NCBI GenBank assembly: GCA_028023455.1
Contig: JAQFVV010000008.1
Span: 12,214,001 to 12,278,000, forward strand
Length of the DNA: 64,000 nucleotides
DNA from: Epiperipatus broadwayi
Lineage: Eukaryota; Animalia; Onychophora
Direction of reading: 5' to 3'
Each line of letters begins with the position of its first letter. The first letter of the stretch is position 1. Of the stretch, positions 12,350 through 25,369 are shown one piece after another. The position numbers were made by a program, and so were the translations under genes. The notes under the pieces are model-generated. The model was not told the origin of the DNA. It was given only the letters and a program-made list of their open reading frames with translations, and ran no database searches.

Positions 12350-15300
12350 CCAAAAGAAAAAGAAAAGAGAGGGAAAAAATTACTCTAGAATAACTACTAT
12401 GCAAACCAATTTGTGGGCTACAAATACATCCACATATAGAACATGCTGGGTCCATTATTCAATTTATTTGATAGTTTATGATGCCGTTCTTTAATTTTTT
12501 CAGCAGAAAACTTTTCTTTCTTAAATATTTCAACACCATGTTCTAATTTATAGCTCTCTAATGTATTCTATTCTCTGCCATATCTTTCCAACTGAAACAA
12601 TTGACATTACACTTCTTTAAAATATCTCTGAGATAATCTTTATATCGTAGATGGATTCTTCCTTTCCCACAAACACTATGCTGAAGTTCATCTTAAAATA
12701 TCCTTTTAGGAATCTTCAATTGTACATTCATTTTACATGTTCAATCTACTGGAGATGTGATTTTACAATAGTTTACTCAAGTTGATGAACATATTAATTG
12801 CTTTTATGATCTTGCCACTGTATTTTAAAAATTTTATGGAGCATTCATAAATGAAACTTTCTAATGCCTTTATATTGCAATGATATGGCATCCAAGTTTC
12901 ACTTCCATACAATAAATTAGGTAAAATAATATTTTCATATATAGCTAATTAAATTGCAGTAGTTATTTCCCTGTGGTGAAATATTCTATATTTTAACTTA
13001 TTAAAAGCAGTAGCAGTACATAGGAATCTGTGTTGTATCTCAACATCTAAATCCACTTTTCTACTTATAAAACAGCAATGTATTTAAACTGAATATCATT
13101 TTCAAGTTGATAATCATACAAGCTAAAAGTTGCTGAGAATTTTTCTTCAGTCATTGGTTGATGGAGCATTTGAGTTTTTTTGAACATTAATTAATGAACC
13201 AAAGTCTTTATATGTTGCATTCAAAACATTAAGAACATTCTATAAATCAAGTTTGAAAGTAGCAAAAATAGCACAATCATCTAAATCCAGAATCCAAGAA
13301 GTTCTTGTCTCTGCTCTTAATGTATTCAAATTAAAAATTTCGCCATCATTTCTGTATCATAGCCTTGATCCCTGCTTGATTAAGCCACCTATAAACAGTT
13401 CCAAAATCCACTGTCATAAAAATTGAAAACAGTATTGGAGCAACTACACATTCTTATTTAACACCAGTTTTTTTTTTTTCAAATGCCTCAGACTTTTCAT
13501 CTGTTATAACACTTCCTTTCATTCCATCGTGTAGAAGCTGTGAAATATGAATCAATTTTGGGGGACAATCAATTAATTTCAAACACTGCCATAGGCTTGT
13601 TCTATTAATTGAATCAAATGCCCTTACCAAATCAATAAAAGCAATATTCCTTTGAACCCAACATTTTTTTTTTTTTTTTGCCATTTGCCTGGCACCAAAA
13701 ATTATGTCTAGTATTTCTTGATTCCTTAAAACTACATTGAGGCTCCAGAAACCATTCATTTGCCTAGTGACAAAATCCAGGTCTGTAGTGCTTTATGATA
13801 CCCTAAAATCATATTGAGTCTCCGGTAACCATTTATTTGGAAGCAACCTATTTAACTAAATTCTTGAAAATATCTTTGCTCTAATAAATAATGATGATAT
13901 TTTATGATAACTACTGTAATCTTGTTTATTCACTTTGTTTTTAAAAATTGGAATAATAAAAGCATCCTTAAGATAGGATGGCACAATTTCATGGCTATCA
14001 CCACCATATTTTAAAACTTCTGTGGATATTTCATTACGTCCTGCAGTCTTTCTATTTTTAAGATTACAAAAAAGGTGTTTTGATTTCCCCTAACTGGATA
14101 ATTTTGACCAAATCTAAATTAGATAAAACTGATATATTGTTAAAAGTTGTTATCTTAATTCTTGAATCATCATTCAAAAGGTAATCAAAATCATCCTTTC
14201 ACCTGTTCAAAATACCATTCATTGTCTTTATATAAGAAAGTGCAATCATTGAATGTAATAGAATGTTGATAATCAGCAAATGTCCGTATCTTCTGTGGAG
14301 TTTTAATTAATCCACTAATTTGTAAACCTTCTTGCCAGTCACTGAACTTCTGTTTTCAGATCTTTATATTTTTTACAAAGTTCCACATTTAATCTAATGC
14401 CATATTTCTTTTAATTAACTCACTAATAAGATCATTATTAGTAAAGCAGTTTTGATTCATCTTTTTAATGAATCTGAGAATGAAATTACTTTTTGTCCAT
14501 AACACACTCTTTAAAACAATTCCAGGCTTCAGTAATATAGTCCTGAAGATCCTGATTAACAATTTTTGTTAATAGCTGCTGAAATTTACTATGTATAGTA
14601 GATTCTTCTAAAGAACAAACATCAATTTTCTTGGGAGTATGATTGAAATAAAGATCTATTTTTAAATGAAACTATTATTTTAATATTGGATCATACTAAT
14701 CTGTAGTATGTCCAACAATTTGTGCTTATGTAAAGTGAACTTCTCTTGTATTCTGATTCCTAACTACAATGTAATTAATTAAATACCATTATTTTGAGCA
14801 TGGATGTATCCATGTTCCTTTGTAACAGTTTTTCTAACTAAACCAAGTGTTTGTGATGGTCAATTCATGTATTGTGCATAAATTCAGTAACACCAAATTA
14901 TTTGAATTTACAGCACTAACACTTATTTCCATTAACTTTTGGGCAAAATCTAATTATCTGCATTAAAACCTCCAAGAAGAAAAATTTGATCTTTTAGTAG
15001 TATTTCTGTAATATTGCTGTCCAACAAGGAATAAAAGCTTTCCATCTATGAATTCTCTGAATAGAACATAGGCACTAATACAATGAGCACCAAGTCTCAT
15101 TGGTGGTCGAGAAGTCAGCGCGACTGCTTTGCACTTGCAGGCAGTTGCCCGGGTTGCGGGTTTGCATCCCGGCCGATGCTATGACACTTAAAAAAAAAAA
15201 AGTCTCATTATGCAACGTGAGTTTTAACATCATTAGCCTTTCATTGATACAATTAGGAATTCCAACAATAGAAGATATTGAATTTGACTTTACAGAAAAT

Positions 15301-16100
15301 CCGACTCCATGCATTCTTCTTTCACTGACTGATCTGCCTTTCCAGAAAATCTTGAATCCATCCATCTTACTTAAACTTTCTCTGGGAGATGACTTTCACT
15401 AAGAGCCGCTATATTGATGTTAAAGCTTGACAGATACTTTTGTTCTGATTTTGAAGAGTGTGTATCAAGTAAAGTTTGCACATTCCAATTACCTATGTTT
15501 AGGGGGAAAAAATACTATTATTCTTATTATTGCTACCATTGGATTGAGTAATTCATCAGATGCATTGACGTAGCCAGACTGCATGAGATAGGCCATTTTT
15601 AGACCACATTTTCTATGCTTTTGCGAAGGGGATACCTAAACAGGGCTGCATAAATATATAATATTCACTAGCCAAAATTCCTGCCTGGTGATTATACTAC
15701 CTCGAGCAAAAATTACAAACTGCTAACCTATTAAGCCTGTCCCATCATTGCTTTCTTAATACTCGAGGACTTGAGCTAATAAAAAAAGAGAATTGGAAAC
15801 AGAAATACTGCTGTATGTGTAATTAAAGATGGAAATATTGTTGCACAAACACACAATCTCATTGTCACTGATAATACAAGGAGGTCTTGTCCTAGAGGAT
15901 CATGATGACCAGGCTTTACAATAACTTAAGTGACTATCAAAGGAAAAGAGAGAAAGAAAAGATTGTTTTGGAAACAGTACCTAGCCTTTGATGAACCAAC
16001 ATCCTATCCTGCAAAGCAGTAGGAGCTTTTGGTTGACCCTGTTTATTTGTTATTCACAATTGGCCGTCATATCTAAAGGCCTTTCCACTAGTCTGAGCCT
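12350..16100 (-). mobile_element. Near full-length degenerate RTE-clade (BovB-like) retrotransposon (APE endonuclease + RT)
   Basis: APE: IFWKGRSVSERRMHGVGFSVK...INERLMMLKL (ORF 15075-15365). RT: IAFIDLVRAFDSINRTSLWQCLKLIDCPPKLIHISQLLHDGMKG (ORF 13454-13759). C-terminal CSICGCICSPQIGLHS near 12400. Related to the 240-2240 copy. Confidence 0.9.
15102..15199 (+). mobile_element. ~100-bp tRNA-derived SINE with poly(A) tail, inserted in the RTE endonuclease region
   Basis: Exact 10-bp TSD AAGTCTCATT at 15092-15101 and 15200-15209, A-tail 15190-15201, A-box/B-box-like motifs, diverged second copy at 61386-61488. Confidence 0.85.
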
Positions 16101-16619
16101 ATCACCCAACAAACTGGTATAGTTAATCAAGAGAAAATTTTATGGGCACTAGTTTAATGTTACTCAGGGGGGAAAATTCAAGGCGGTTTTAGTATTGTTC
16201 CACTTGAAGTACTTAGTAGTTTTTATTATGCAGAAATGATCAATGTGGCATTTGTAAATATGAATTTTTCAACAAATTTTTTTTTGAGACTATTTTATTA
16301 AAACATTGCAATAGCTATACTGTTTGTTAATGTATAATGATGGGAAAAAATTTTTCAACATGGCAGAACCTTTACATAAAAAATCTTTTTGCATGTGCAT
16401 TTGCTATTTTCTGCTTATGATGTAATTCTTTCACTAAATAAAAAGTTATTTTTTTTGATATTCAGTTGTAAGTTAATGAGAGTGTATAAACTTATGATTT
16501 TTATTTTGTGTTTGAAATTTCAGTGATTTCCATTGTTTTTGTAATTTGTTTCTGATATTTTTTTTTTGTGTATATTAAAATTTTACCTAATTAATCGATT
16601 GAAATATAAGTAACTGCTA

Positions 16620-18890
16620 CTCCTATTAAGCTATGTTTAACCAGTAGTCAAGTCAAACTATGAAAAGAATGGAATGCTACTATTCATTCTTTTAACTGTC
16701 AGTATTTAAGCTTAGTGTATTGACATTGTTATAAATCAAACAGTGAAGTCTATATATTAGTTTGATTTCTATACAGAGTAAATATTCTGGAATCACTATT
16801 TAATTATTCAGAGGATTATGATAGTACCTTCTGAATAGTTAAACAGTGATTTCAGAGCATTTATGCTCTACATAAATCAAATTAATATATAGTGAACCAG
16901 GTGGGAGAAAATCGCTATGATTATTTAATTTATAATCTCAATCTTAATTCCAGCTGCACTTTTACTATTGCAGCAGAACAGCCCTTCAAGCGGAGAAGTC
17001 TAATACCGTAGGTAGATGAGACCAACGGCACTTATAACCAGACCAAGGCTATACAAAGTATAACCTGTGGCCACATTTCCAGGCTATAGAACTCCTCGGC
17101 TGCTAAATTCAAACCCCTGCCATACAAAGAATTTTTATTTGTTTTGAGATAAGTCCTCAGGTACCAGCTAATCATAAGTTATATAATCAGCATGCCCAGA
17201 CAACAGATACAATCTAGCGCTTGATATATCCCAAGCTAGTTTGCTTTCTCAACTGTGGGAAAGAAAAAAACTTTAATATAACTTATAATTAACTGTAACT
17301 TAATCTATTCATGAAACAGTTACAAGGGAGAGAACCAATCAGGCAATAATTAAGCAAACAAATAATTTATTCACACATATTCATAGTTAAACATATTATA
17401 ATAAAATTTAAATATAAGCACACATGTTTTATATACAATATACTAACTTATGGAAGCAATATTAAAATTTTATATACACTCATAATGAGTTACTAATAAC
17501 ATGGCAAAATTTGCAGGAGCAACATTAAAGATTTCTATAGCTGGAATACCAAAGTTCATTAGAGTCTTTCATTCAGAAAAATGTTCAAATCTTTAGATTG
17601 GGATAATAAAGAATTTTTATAGGATTTTTGCGGATAATGCAGTGCACTTTTTATGGAAACAATTTGTTGCTTTCTTTTACTTTGTTGATCACCAACTGGT
17701 TGGCCTTTCCTTTTCCCGTCGTTGGTTTTGCTTCTTGCTGATTTTCCACATTTCAATGTAGGAGAGAGATTTTTATTATTTTCAGATCTCAAGGTGACCA
17801 TAACTTCTAGATGGAGGGTATTTGATGTTATGAAGGACTGCGATTGAAGGCTACTTCGGTTGCTGCCTAGCTCTGCATACTGCTAATTTTTTGCCATCTT
17901 CTCTTTAAAAGTTTTTATAATACAGTAATGTTGCTTGATAATGAAATAGTAATGTAATATAATAATAATGGTATGAATTTCTTGGTCTTTTTATATGCTT
18001 CTCCCTTATTGTTTTTTAGTTATCATTCTCCGATCTGATTTAATTAATTTATGTTTCCTTAATTAATTTTCTGTTATGTTTTAATCTAAATTCTTGCTTA
18101 GATTAATCTAATGTCTTGATGAGATAATGTCTTGAATCCTTTCTTTTTGTTTCTCTAATTAATGCAATGGGAGTTTTTTTTTCTTTATCAGCCAAGCAAT
18201 CTTTAAATGAGTCACAAATTTGATAATTTTCTTTTTACATATTATATTTTAGTTCAATTTCAATTTTTACATTTCTTTTTTTTACTTAATTTATAAAAAG
18301 AGAGCTATTTTTTTTTAAACTTTTACTTAGAGTTAACTTTCCCCACTTCCTATTTCCTCTTTATTACTAAACTTTCATTTTGTTAATTGACAAGATGAGG
18401 CAACACTTGATTTTTGGCAAGTTATATTTAAAACAAACTCTTTAAAACATTTTATAACTAATATTTCTCATTTATTCAAACTTAATTATTTCTTTTAAAA
18501 TTAATTTGATCTTTTACTAGTAAATGATTCATCATTTAATGCAGAGTATGTGTGTTGTCAAATCATACATTCGTTAGTGGTGCAATAGATATCACTCATT
18601 GATTTATAACATATCTATAAATTAAGCTTAAATACTGACAGAACTAAAAGAACAGGTAGTATCATTCCATTCTTTTTATAGTTTATTGATGTTTGATTAT
18701 CGGTTGATATTTGTGAGTTATTAAAATTAAGGCATATGCCTTGATCCTCTGAATAGTTATGAAGATGCAGATTTCATTCTTTGATTTATAACAATATCAA
18801 TAAACTAAGCTTAAATACTTACAAAACTAAAAGAAAGGGTGGTAGCATTTTATTCTTTTCATAGTTTATTGACATTTGATTATTGGTTTA
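16620..18890. repeat. Three copies of a ~130-bp repeat: one inverted (16620-16760) and two tandem (18590-18720, 18770-18890)
   Basis: Shared TTGATTTATAACA...TAAGCTTAAATACTGACAG...TAAAAGAA...GTAG(C/T)ATTCCATTCTTTT..ATAGTTT. The first copy is the reverse complement. Confidence 0.7.
16880..18400 (-). mobile_element. Possible LTR-retrotransposon gag/LTR remnant
   Basis: GC-richer block. Minus-strand ORF 17559-17801 has LKCGK (decayed CCHC-like), and a TGTTATTAG...AATAAA segment starts at ~17500 on the minus strand. Weak. Confidence 0.25.
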
Positions 18891-21800
18891 GCATAATTGA
18901 ATGGGAGTCACAATTATTTTCATTTTAATTTCATGTAATTATTATTATTTACATCTAATTAATAGATTGTATTTATTTATAGTATTACTTTTTTAGCAAT
19001 CAGTAAATAACTTTTTAAAAACATAAAAGATAAATTTCTTTATAAATTCTTAAATTAGAAGTATTTTCCTGTAGCGAAGCAATTTTTCATAATATTAGCA
19101 GCAAGCTTTCATTTAGAAAATTTCAAGATAATTGTTTAGACGATTCCAGGAACATTATTTAATGTTATTAGTGTATAATTTATTATACAGCATACTATAT
19201 TCATACTTGTGTAATATTGATTTGTTTTACATTCAAATTCTAACAATAAGTTAAATAAGATGTCATTGTATATATCGATTTTTATATATAAACAAAGTGT
19301 TTATGATAATCTGTTCATGTGTTGTATAAAATTTAAAGTAGATTAGTTTGATTTAACAAAGACAATACCATTATTCCTTATAACTTTTGAGTTATATTGT
19401 ACTGTTAGTAGCAATACATGCATCAGAGTTTTTGTAATTCTAGAATTCCATCACCTCCTTAAACAACTTGTATTCAAGAGGAGAAATTTAACATAAACAT
19501 GTTTAAGATATTTATAAAATTGTAGATTTTAATAGATCGATGCAAACTTGCAATTTAGAAATAAGAAATTATTAAATTTTATTTTGAAGCCTATAAGTAT
19601 AAAAAGTCATTTTTATAGTCACTCATATACATATTTAACTTAAATTAAATAAAAGTATTACAGATAGATTATCATTAATCTGAAAATTTCATTACAGAGT
19701 CTAAAAATTTTTTGAAATGAACAGAGGCACTCAAATACAGATTTGCAATTCTATCAATGAAACTAGAAGGTTTACAAATTAAATGTAATATATAGTATTA
19801 GTTTAACTTAAATATAACTTATTAGTGAATGTTTTTTTAAAAATAATTTACTAAAGAATAAAATTAAATAATTTAAATTCATTATGTATTTTTATTTGTT
19901 TGTAAAGAAATTTTGCATTGATAAGTGGTAGAAATTTGAATATTCTAAAAGCTGTTTCATTTCTGTATATCGAAAGTGATAGTAAAGAGAGAATGATTAA
20001 AAACTTTTTTAATTTATTAATAAATATCTTTGTTGCTTTTAAAAATTAATTAAATAAATAAAAAATACATACAAATCAATTACCTATTTAAATTTACTTG
20101 AAATTTTGCATTACTTTAAAAAAAATTCATAATAGAATTTGAAGCTTCTTTGTATGCTGTTTCAAAATGTTTAGCATAGAATTGCAGTCTTCTTAGTTTT
20201 ATATTTCATACAGAGTTGAGAATTAATAGTGAATAAACTAATATGATCTTTTTAAGAAATGTATTCTGAGAATATATTTCTTCATTGAATTAGATGTATT
20301 TAACTTTGTATATGCATTAAAACTATCACAATTTTTTAAAACGAACTTTTAGTGTAAATTCACAAATATTTTGTTTTCTGTTACTGTTCAAAATTGTAAA
20401 TAAACAATACACATTCATATAGTTTATGGAATTAGACTTTTTGAAAAAGAGTGTGTTATGAATATGATACGATTTGATTATGTTATACAAATAGTTGATG
20501 CAACTAATCTTGTTATTAAGACTAAGCCCTTTTTTTTTGCAATTTTTAATGTAGAAAATCTGAAGTTTTTAATGCTTTTGGAAATTATAGTTAGAAAATT
20601 GGAAATATCACATTGTTTAAGGATATCTTTAAATTTTTTTTATAGAAGTGTGTTATTTTTTCAATTAATCTTGTCTGATAGAACAATATAGCAGTTTAAC
20701 ATTAGATGCTTTTCACATATTCAGTTTCTATTTATTTGTTATTGAAAATAAACTTATAATGTAGAATTGAATTATTATTATTTTTTTTGCTTTTGGAAAT
20801 TATTGTATAGAATAATTGGGAATTTTATGCAGCTTCTTTCTAAAACTTCTTTAAAATCTTGATTAATATATAATAATTTAGAAATCTGACATTAGACATT
20901 AACCACTAGATAAAATTGATTTGTTTTATTTGTTACTGAAAAGAAAGTTTTAGCATAGATTGTTATTTCATTTGTTTTAAACTATTCTGAATATTGGAAT
21001 TCATGCAACTTAAGGATTTAGTTTAATTTCTTTATAAAATTGTATCTTGAATAGGAAATTAATTTATATATAAATCAGCAAGAGGAATAGCGATTTGTCA
21101 TTAGAAATTACAGCCACATTTTATCTCTAAATTTGTTATTGAAAATAAACTTTTAGGATAAATTTATAATTTTACTTCTATATTATGCAGACTATTGATA
21201 ATTTTAATTTCTTTATAAAAAATATATTATGGATAGAAAACTTATGTGGTTTTCCTTTTTCGATCTCATCTTAAAGAAATACTAATCCAACATTTTTTAT
21301 TTCATTTTTTAAATTAATGGAAATAAATTTTTAAAATGGAATCACCAATTTTTATTTTTATGTATGATATTTAAAGTTGAAAATATATATCTATTATATG
21401 TATTTATATATCAAATTTTTTTAACAATTTAATTTTTTTCATTAATGTATGATCTACTAAAGTTATAGTCTTATACATTTTACAACTTCTTGTTGACTGA
21501 CCTAAAAGAATTCAGAAAATGGTGTTATGTATCTTGGATAAATGATAGTACCTATATTATAATAATATAATATTTGTTCAGTTAATCAAAAATTATTTAG
21601 TATACATATTTATATATCTTTAGACATTAAAATTCATAATGATCCTATTTCAGATTTGTTTCAGTTTTACCTCCTTATTTTGAATATGTCGACAGTATCA
21701 TTAGTTTCTCTCCAAGTTTAATTCATTTTCTCTAGTCTATTATTTCTCTTCTTCATATCACTCCAGAAAACTTTCTATTTCATCCATTCATCTCATATAT

Positions 21801-22342
21801 GGTTTGTAATCTCTTGTGAGTCCTATTTAGAATTTTAACTTTTCATTTATTGTCATCTCTTCTAGCAATATCTGCAGCATAGCTTTATTTCAGTCTTTTA
21901 ATTTTTTTAATGATATCAGTTTTATCTATTTGTTATCTCATTCATATCTTCTGTTTTCAATTCCTCTATTTTATTCTAATATACATCTACGTAAAACATG
22001 TGAAATCTCTCACAATCATGACTTTTTAATCTATTTTAAAATAAAATAAACCTTCATTTAATGTTAAAATGTCATTTTTAAAAAAGAAAAAGGAGTATAA
22101 TTGTTTGTATTAGTAAATATACTTGAATGTTTTAAATCAAGAGTTGGCCTTCTTTTTTATTATACAGTATGGTTAGAATTACAGTAAAACAAAATTATTA
22201 TAATTTTTTTTAAAATCATGTTTATTTTTTATCTAATGTTTTTACTCTCTTTTTTGTAATTATAATATGTCAATAAAGGTTTATTGTTAAATTAATAATT
22301 TCAAAATTTATTTGATACTTACTTTTTGTTTTTTAATTGTAG

Positions 22343-23027
22343 GTGTTTAACTTTGTTCAAGTTTCTATAAATCCAACATATAAAAAATTTTATAATGATA
22401 AACAATGGGCATCAGTTCTTAAGGATATTGCTAGACAGGCCAAGGTCACATTGTCAGTGATAAATGGATTTGATTGTTTTGAAGGGGATTGGGAAAATGC
22501 TGAACATGCTCATGAATTATTAAAATTGAATATCTTTTCTGTAATGACTGAAGATGCAGAAGATTTGCCACCTACTGTGGTAAAAAAAGAAAAAGTGAAC
22601 TTGGAAATTAAAAAAGATACAACAGAAAAATCACATATAGCAACACTTATTGATAATTCTACCCTTCATTTTTCTGTAGAAGTTTTCAATATGGCCATTA
22701 TGTTAATTAAGGGAGATATTTTAAAAGAACAAGTTAAAGCTATTGTTTGTCCTATTGCTTCTAATTTTTCATCAAACTCACTTTTAACTAAAATTTGTCA
22801 AGAAACAGGTTATACAAATTTTAAACAGAATTTGAAAACGCCTTGTGATATAGATTCATTTAAGTCTAAAAAGCTTGGTGGTCAAATATTCATTATTACT
22901 TTAATTCCACCTGCTTCTTCTGATCCACAGAAAAATATGTTATATTTATGTAAAGTTTATGAAAGTATCTTTAATCATTGTCAAAACTCTGATATCGAGT
23001 CAGTAGCACTTTCTTCAATTAGTTCAG
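22343..23027 (+). CDS. DTX3L-like: Deltex/DTX3L-like gene exon: KH-like N-terminal segment + macrodomain (most of it)
   Basis: Acceptor TTTTAATTGTAG| at 22342, donor CAG|GTGAGT at 23027/23028, open 685 nt (ends phase 1). Macro motifs IMLIKGDILKEQVKAIV and LCKVYESIF...IESVALSSISS. Confidence 0.85.
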
Positions 23028-23732
23028 GTGAGTTTATTTTTTAAAAATCATAATATAGAAGTGATTATTATTAGTATTAAAGCTGAGATTCCACTGTATT
23101 TAATAACAAAATATATGAAAAACTATTATTAATAAAAACATTTTTATCAGGTTTTGGTATTAATTTCTAATCATAGTTTAGATAAGCATCTTGATGTAAA
23201 AGTTGCTTTAAAGGTTATGATATATAGCTTAAATATTAAGAAGCTAGAATTAATTGTGTTATCATAAGCAGTGGCAAACTGCTATTAAATATGATTCAAG
23301 TTCTATTGTTTGATTGTAATGCTTTATTACATATTCCTTAGGGCACAGAACTTGGCAAATACTTACATGCTTATATATATAATATTAAAACACTACAACA
23401 GAGAATAAAAATAAAATATAATTTAATAAACAAAGTATACTTTCGATGTGACAAACACTTACATGCTTATATATGTAATAATATTAAAACACGCAACAGA
23501 AAATAAAAAAAAAAAATTAAATAAGCCAAGTGCCCTTTCAAGGCATAAGCATCATAATTATGGTTATCAAACAAATAAACAGACAAACAAAAAACCAGTA
23601 CTTTTCCATTAAAAATTTTTAAAAAAACATTTTTTATTAACTTGAATGCTATTGGTGTCCTTATTCATTATGTGTTCATTTTGCATCACATGATCATCAT
23701 TTCCTATGCTTATGCAAACTACTAAAACAGTG

Positions 23733-23768
23733 ACAAATTCTCCATACAGTAGTGCCACTGGGTGACAC
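23733..23768 (-). mobile_element. 3'-end fragment of the hammerhead-headed element
   Basis: CAAATTCTCCATACAGTAGTGCCACTGGGTGACAC matches CAAAACTCTCCATACAGTAGTGCCACCCAGTGCCA at ~30250. Confidence 0.6.
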
Positions 23769-25369
23769 TACTATATAACGAGTTTGTCAGTCTAATGGAT
23801 ATAGAAAATATGTTAGTTGTGAAGGACAGAGTGATAACAAACATAAACACACATATTTAATGGACATGTTGGTTTTACAGAAAATAAATTGAATGAAGCA
23901 GGTAAGAAGTTGAAAAATGGGAAGACAAGAAATTTAATTAAATGGGCAGCAGAGATGATGATGAATTTAGGAAAAAACAAAATTAAATCTATTATCATGT
24001 TTTAATAAGATGGCACAGAAGACAGAATTTCTAGATATCTGGAATAATACAAGAGTGAGGCTATTATTTAAAGAAAAGGGTAAGGACCATAAAAAGATAA
24101 ACAATTATAGACTAGTAGCATTGATGTTGGTATTATATAAAATTTTTGCATATATGGTGACCATAAGGGTGGTAAAATGGATGGAAGAAAATAATATAGT
24201 GGGAGAAATGCAAGGAGGTTTTAGAATGGATAGGTGTATAGGAGTTTTATTTGTAGTCACACAATTTATAAATATGAGTAGGAATACAGTAGGCAGTTAT
24301 ATATGGCCCTTATAGATATAGAGAAGGCATATGATAGAGTAAATAGAAATAGATTATGGATAAGTTTAATAAATTTGGGAATGAATGGAGCTTTAGTGGA
24401 TCTTATTAAGAGATTGTATGAAAATAATTACTATAGTATCAATTAGGAAATATAGAATCAGAATTAAAAATGGGAGGGACTAAAGCAAAAATATCTTATG
24501 CCACCTATTTTGTTTTTGTTATATTTGAGAGAAATGGAGAGAGCAATAGAAAAACTAGGAAAAGAGGTAATAGATGGCAAGGGAATATATACATTATCAT
24601 ATCTTTTATTTGCTGATGATATCTTCTTGTGTACAGAAAGTAGGGAAGATGTGGAAGTTATGCTGAAGACTTGCACAAGAGTGGGTAAAGAGATGGGGAT
24701 TAAATTTAGTGAAGAAAAAATCAAAAATAATGATGATAAATGATGGGGAAAGAGAAGAAAAAGAATTTTTATTGGGGGATATAAAGTTAAGTGTGGTGAA
24801 TAGGTATAACTTAGGGAATTATCTTAAGTAATCAAAGGAATTGCTTGGATGAATGGGAGAAAAAATTGATAAATGAAGCAAAGAAAAGAAAGAGCATGAT
24901 AAAGAAATTAACAGTATTTTCATATAATAAATATGATGTAGCAAGAATTGTATGGAAGGGAGTGGCAGTAGCAGGGTTAACTTATGATAACAATGTGTTA
25001 CGTGTTAATAAAGGGGTATTAAATTACTTAGAAAAAGTACAAAGAGAAGTAGGAAGACATGCATTAGATGCAGATATGTGGATGGCAAAAGAGGCAATTC
25101 AAGAAGAAATAGGATGGTCATGTTTTTATATGAGAGATGCAAAAAGCAAAAATGAAAATGTTTGATAGATTGCAATTTATGAATAATAAGAGAGTAGCCA
25201 AAATAGATTTTTAATTGGGTTATGAGTAAAGGACAGGCAACAAGATGGGTGAGAAATATAATATGGTATTTAGAAGATTTGGATAAAGACTATATCAATA
25301 TACAAATAAATAATACTTCTGTATATAATATAAAAATAATATAAATAAAGAATATAGGGAAGTTTATCC

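Noticed and set aside
15100-15402. 100-aa plus-strand ORF
   Set aside because: Chimera of the SINE and the antisense RTE endonuclease.
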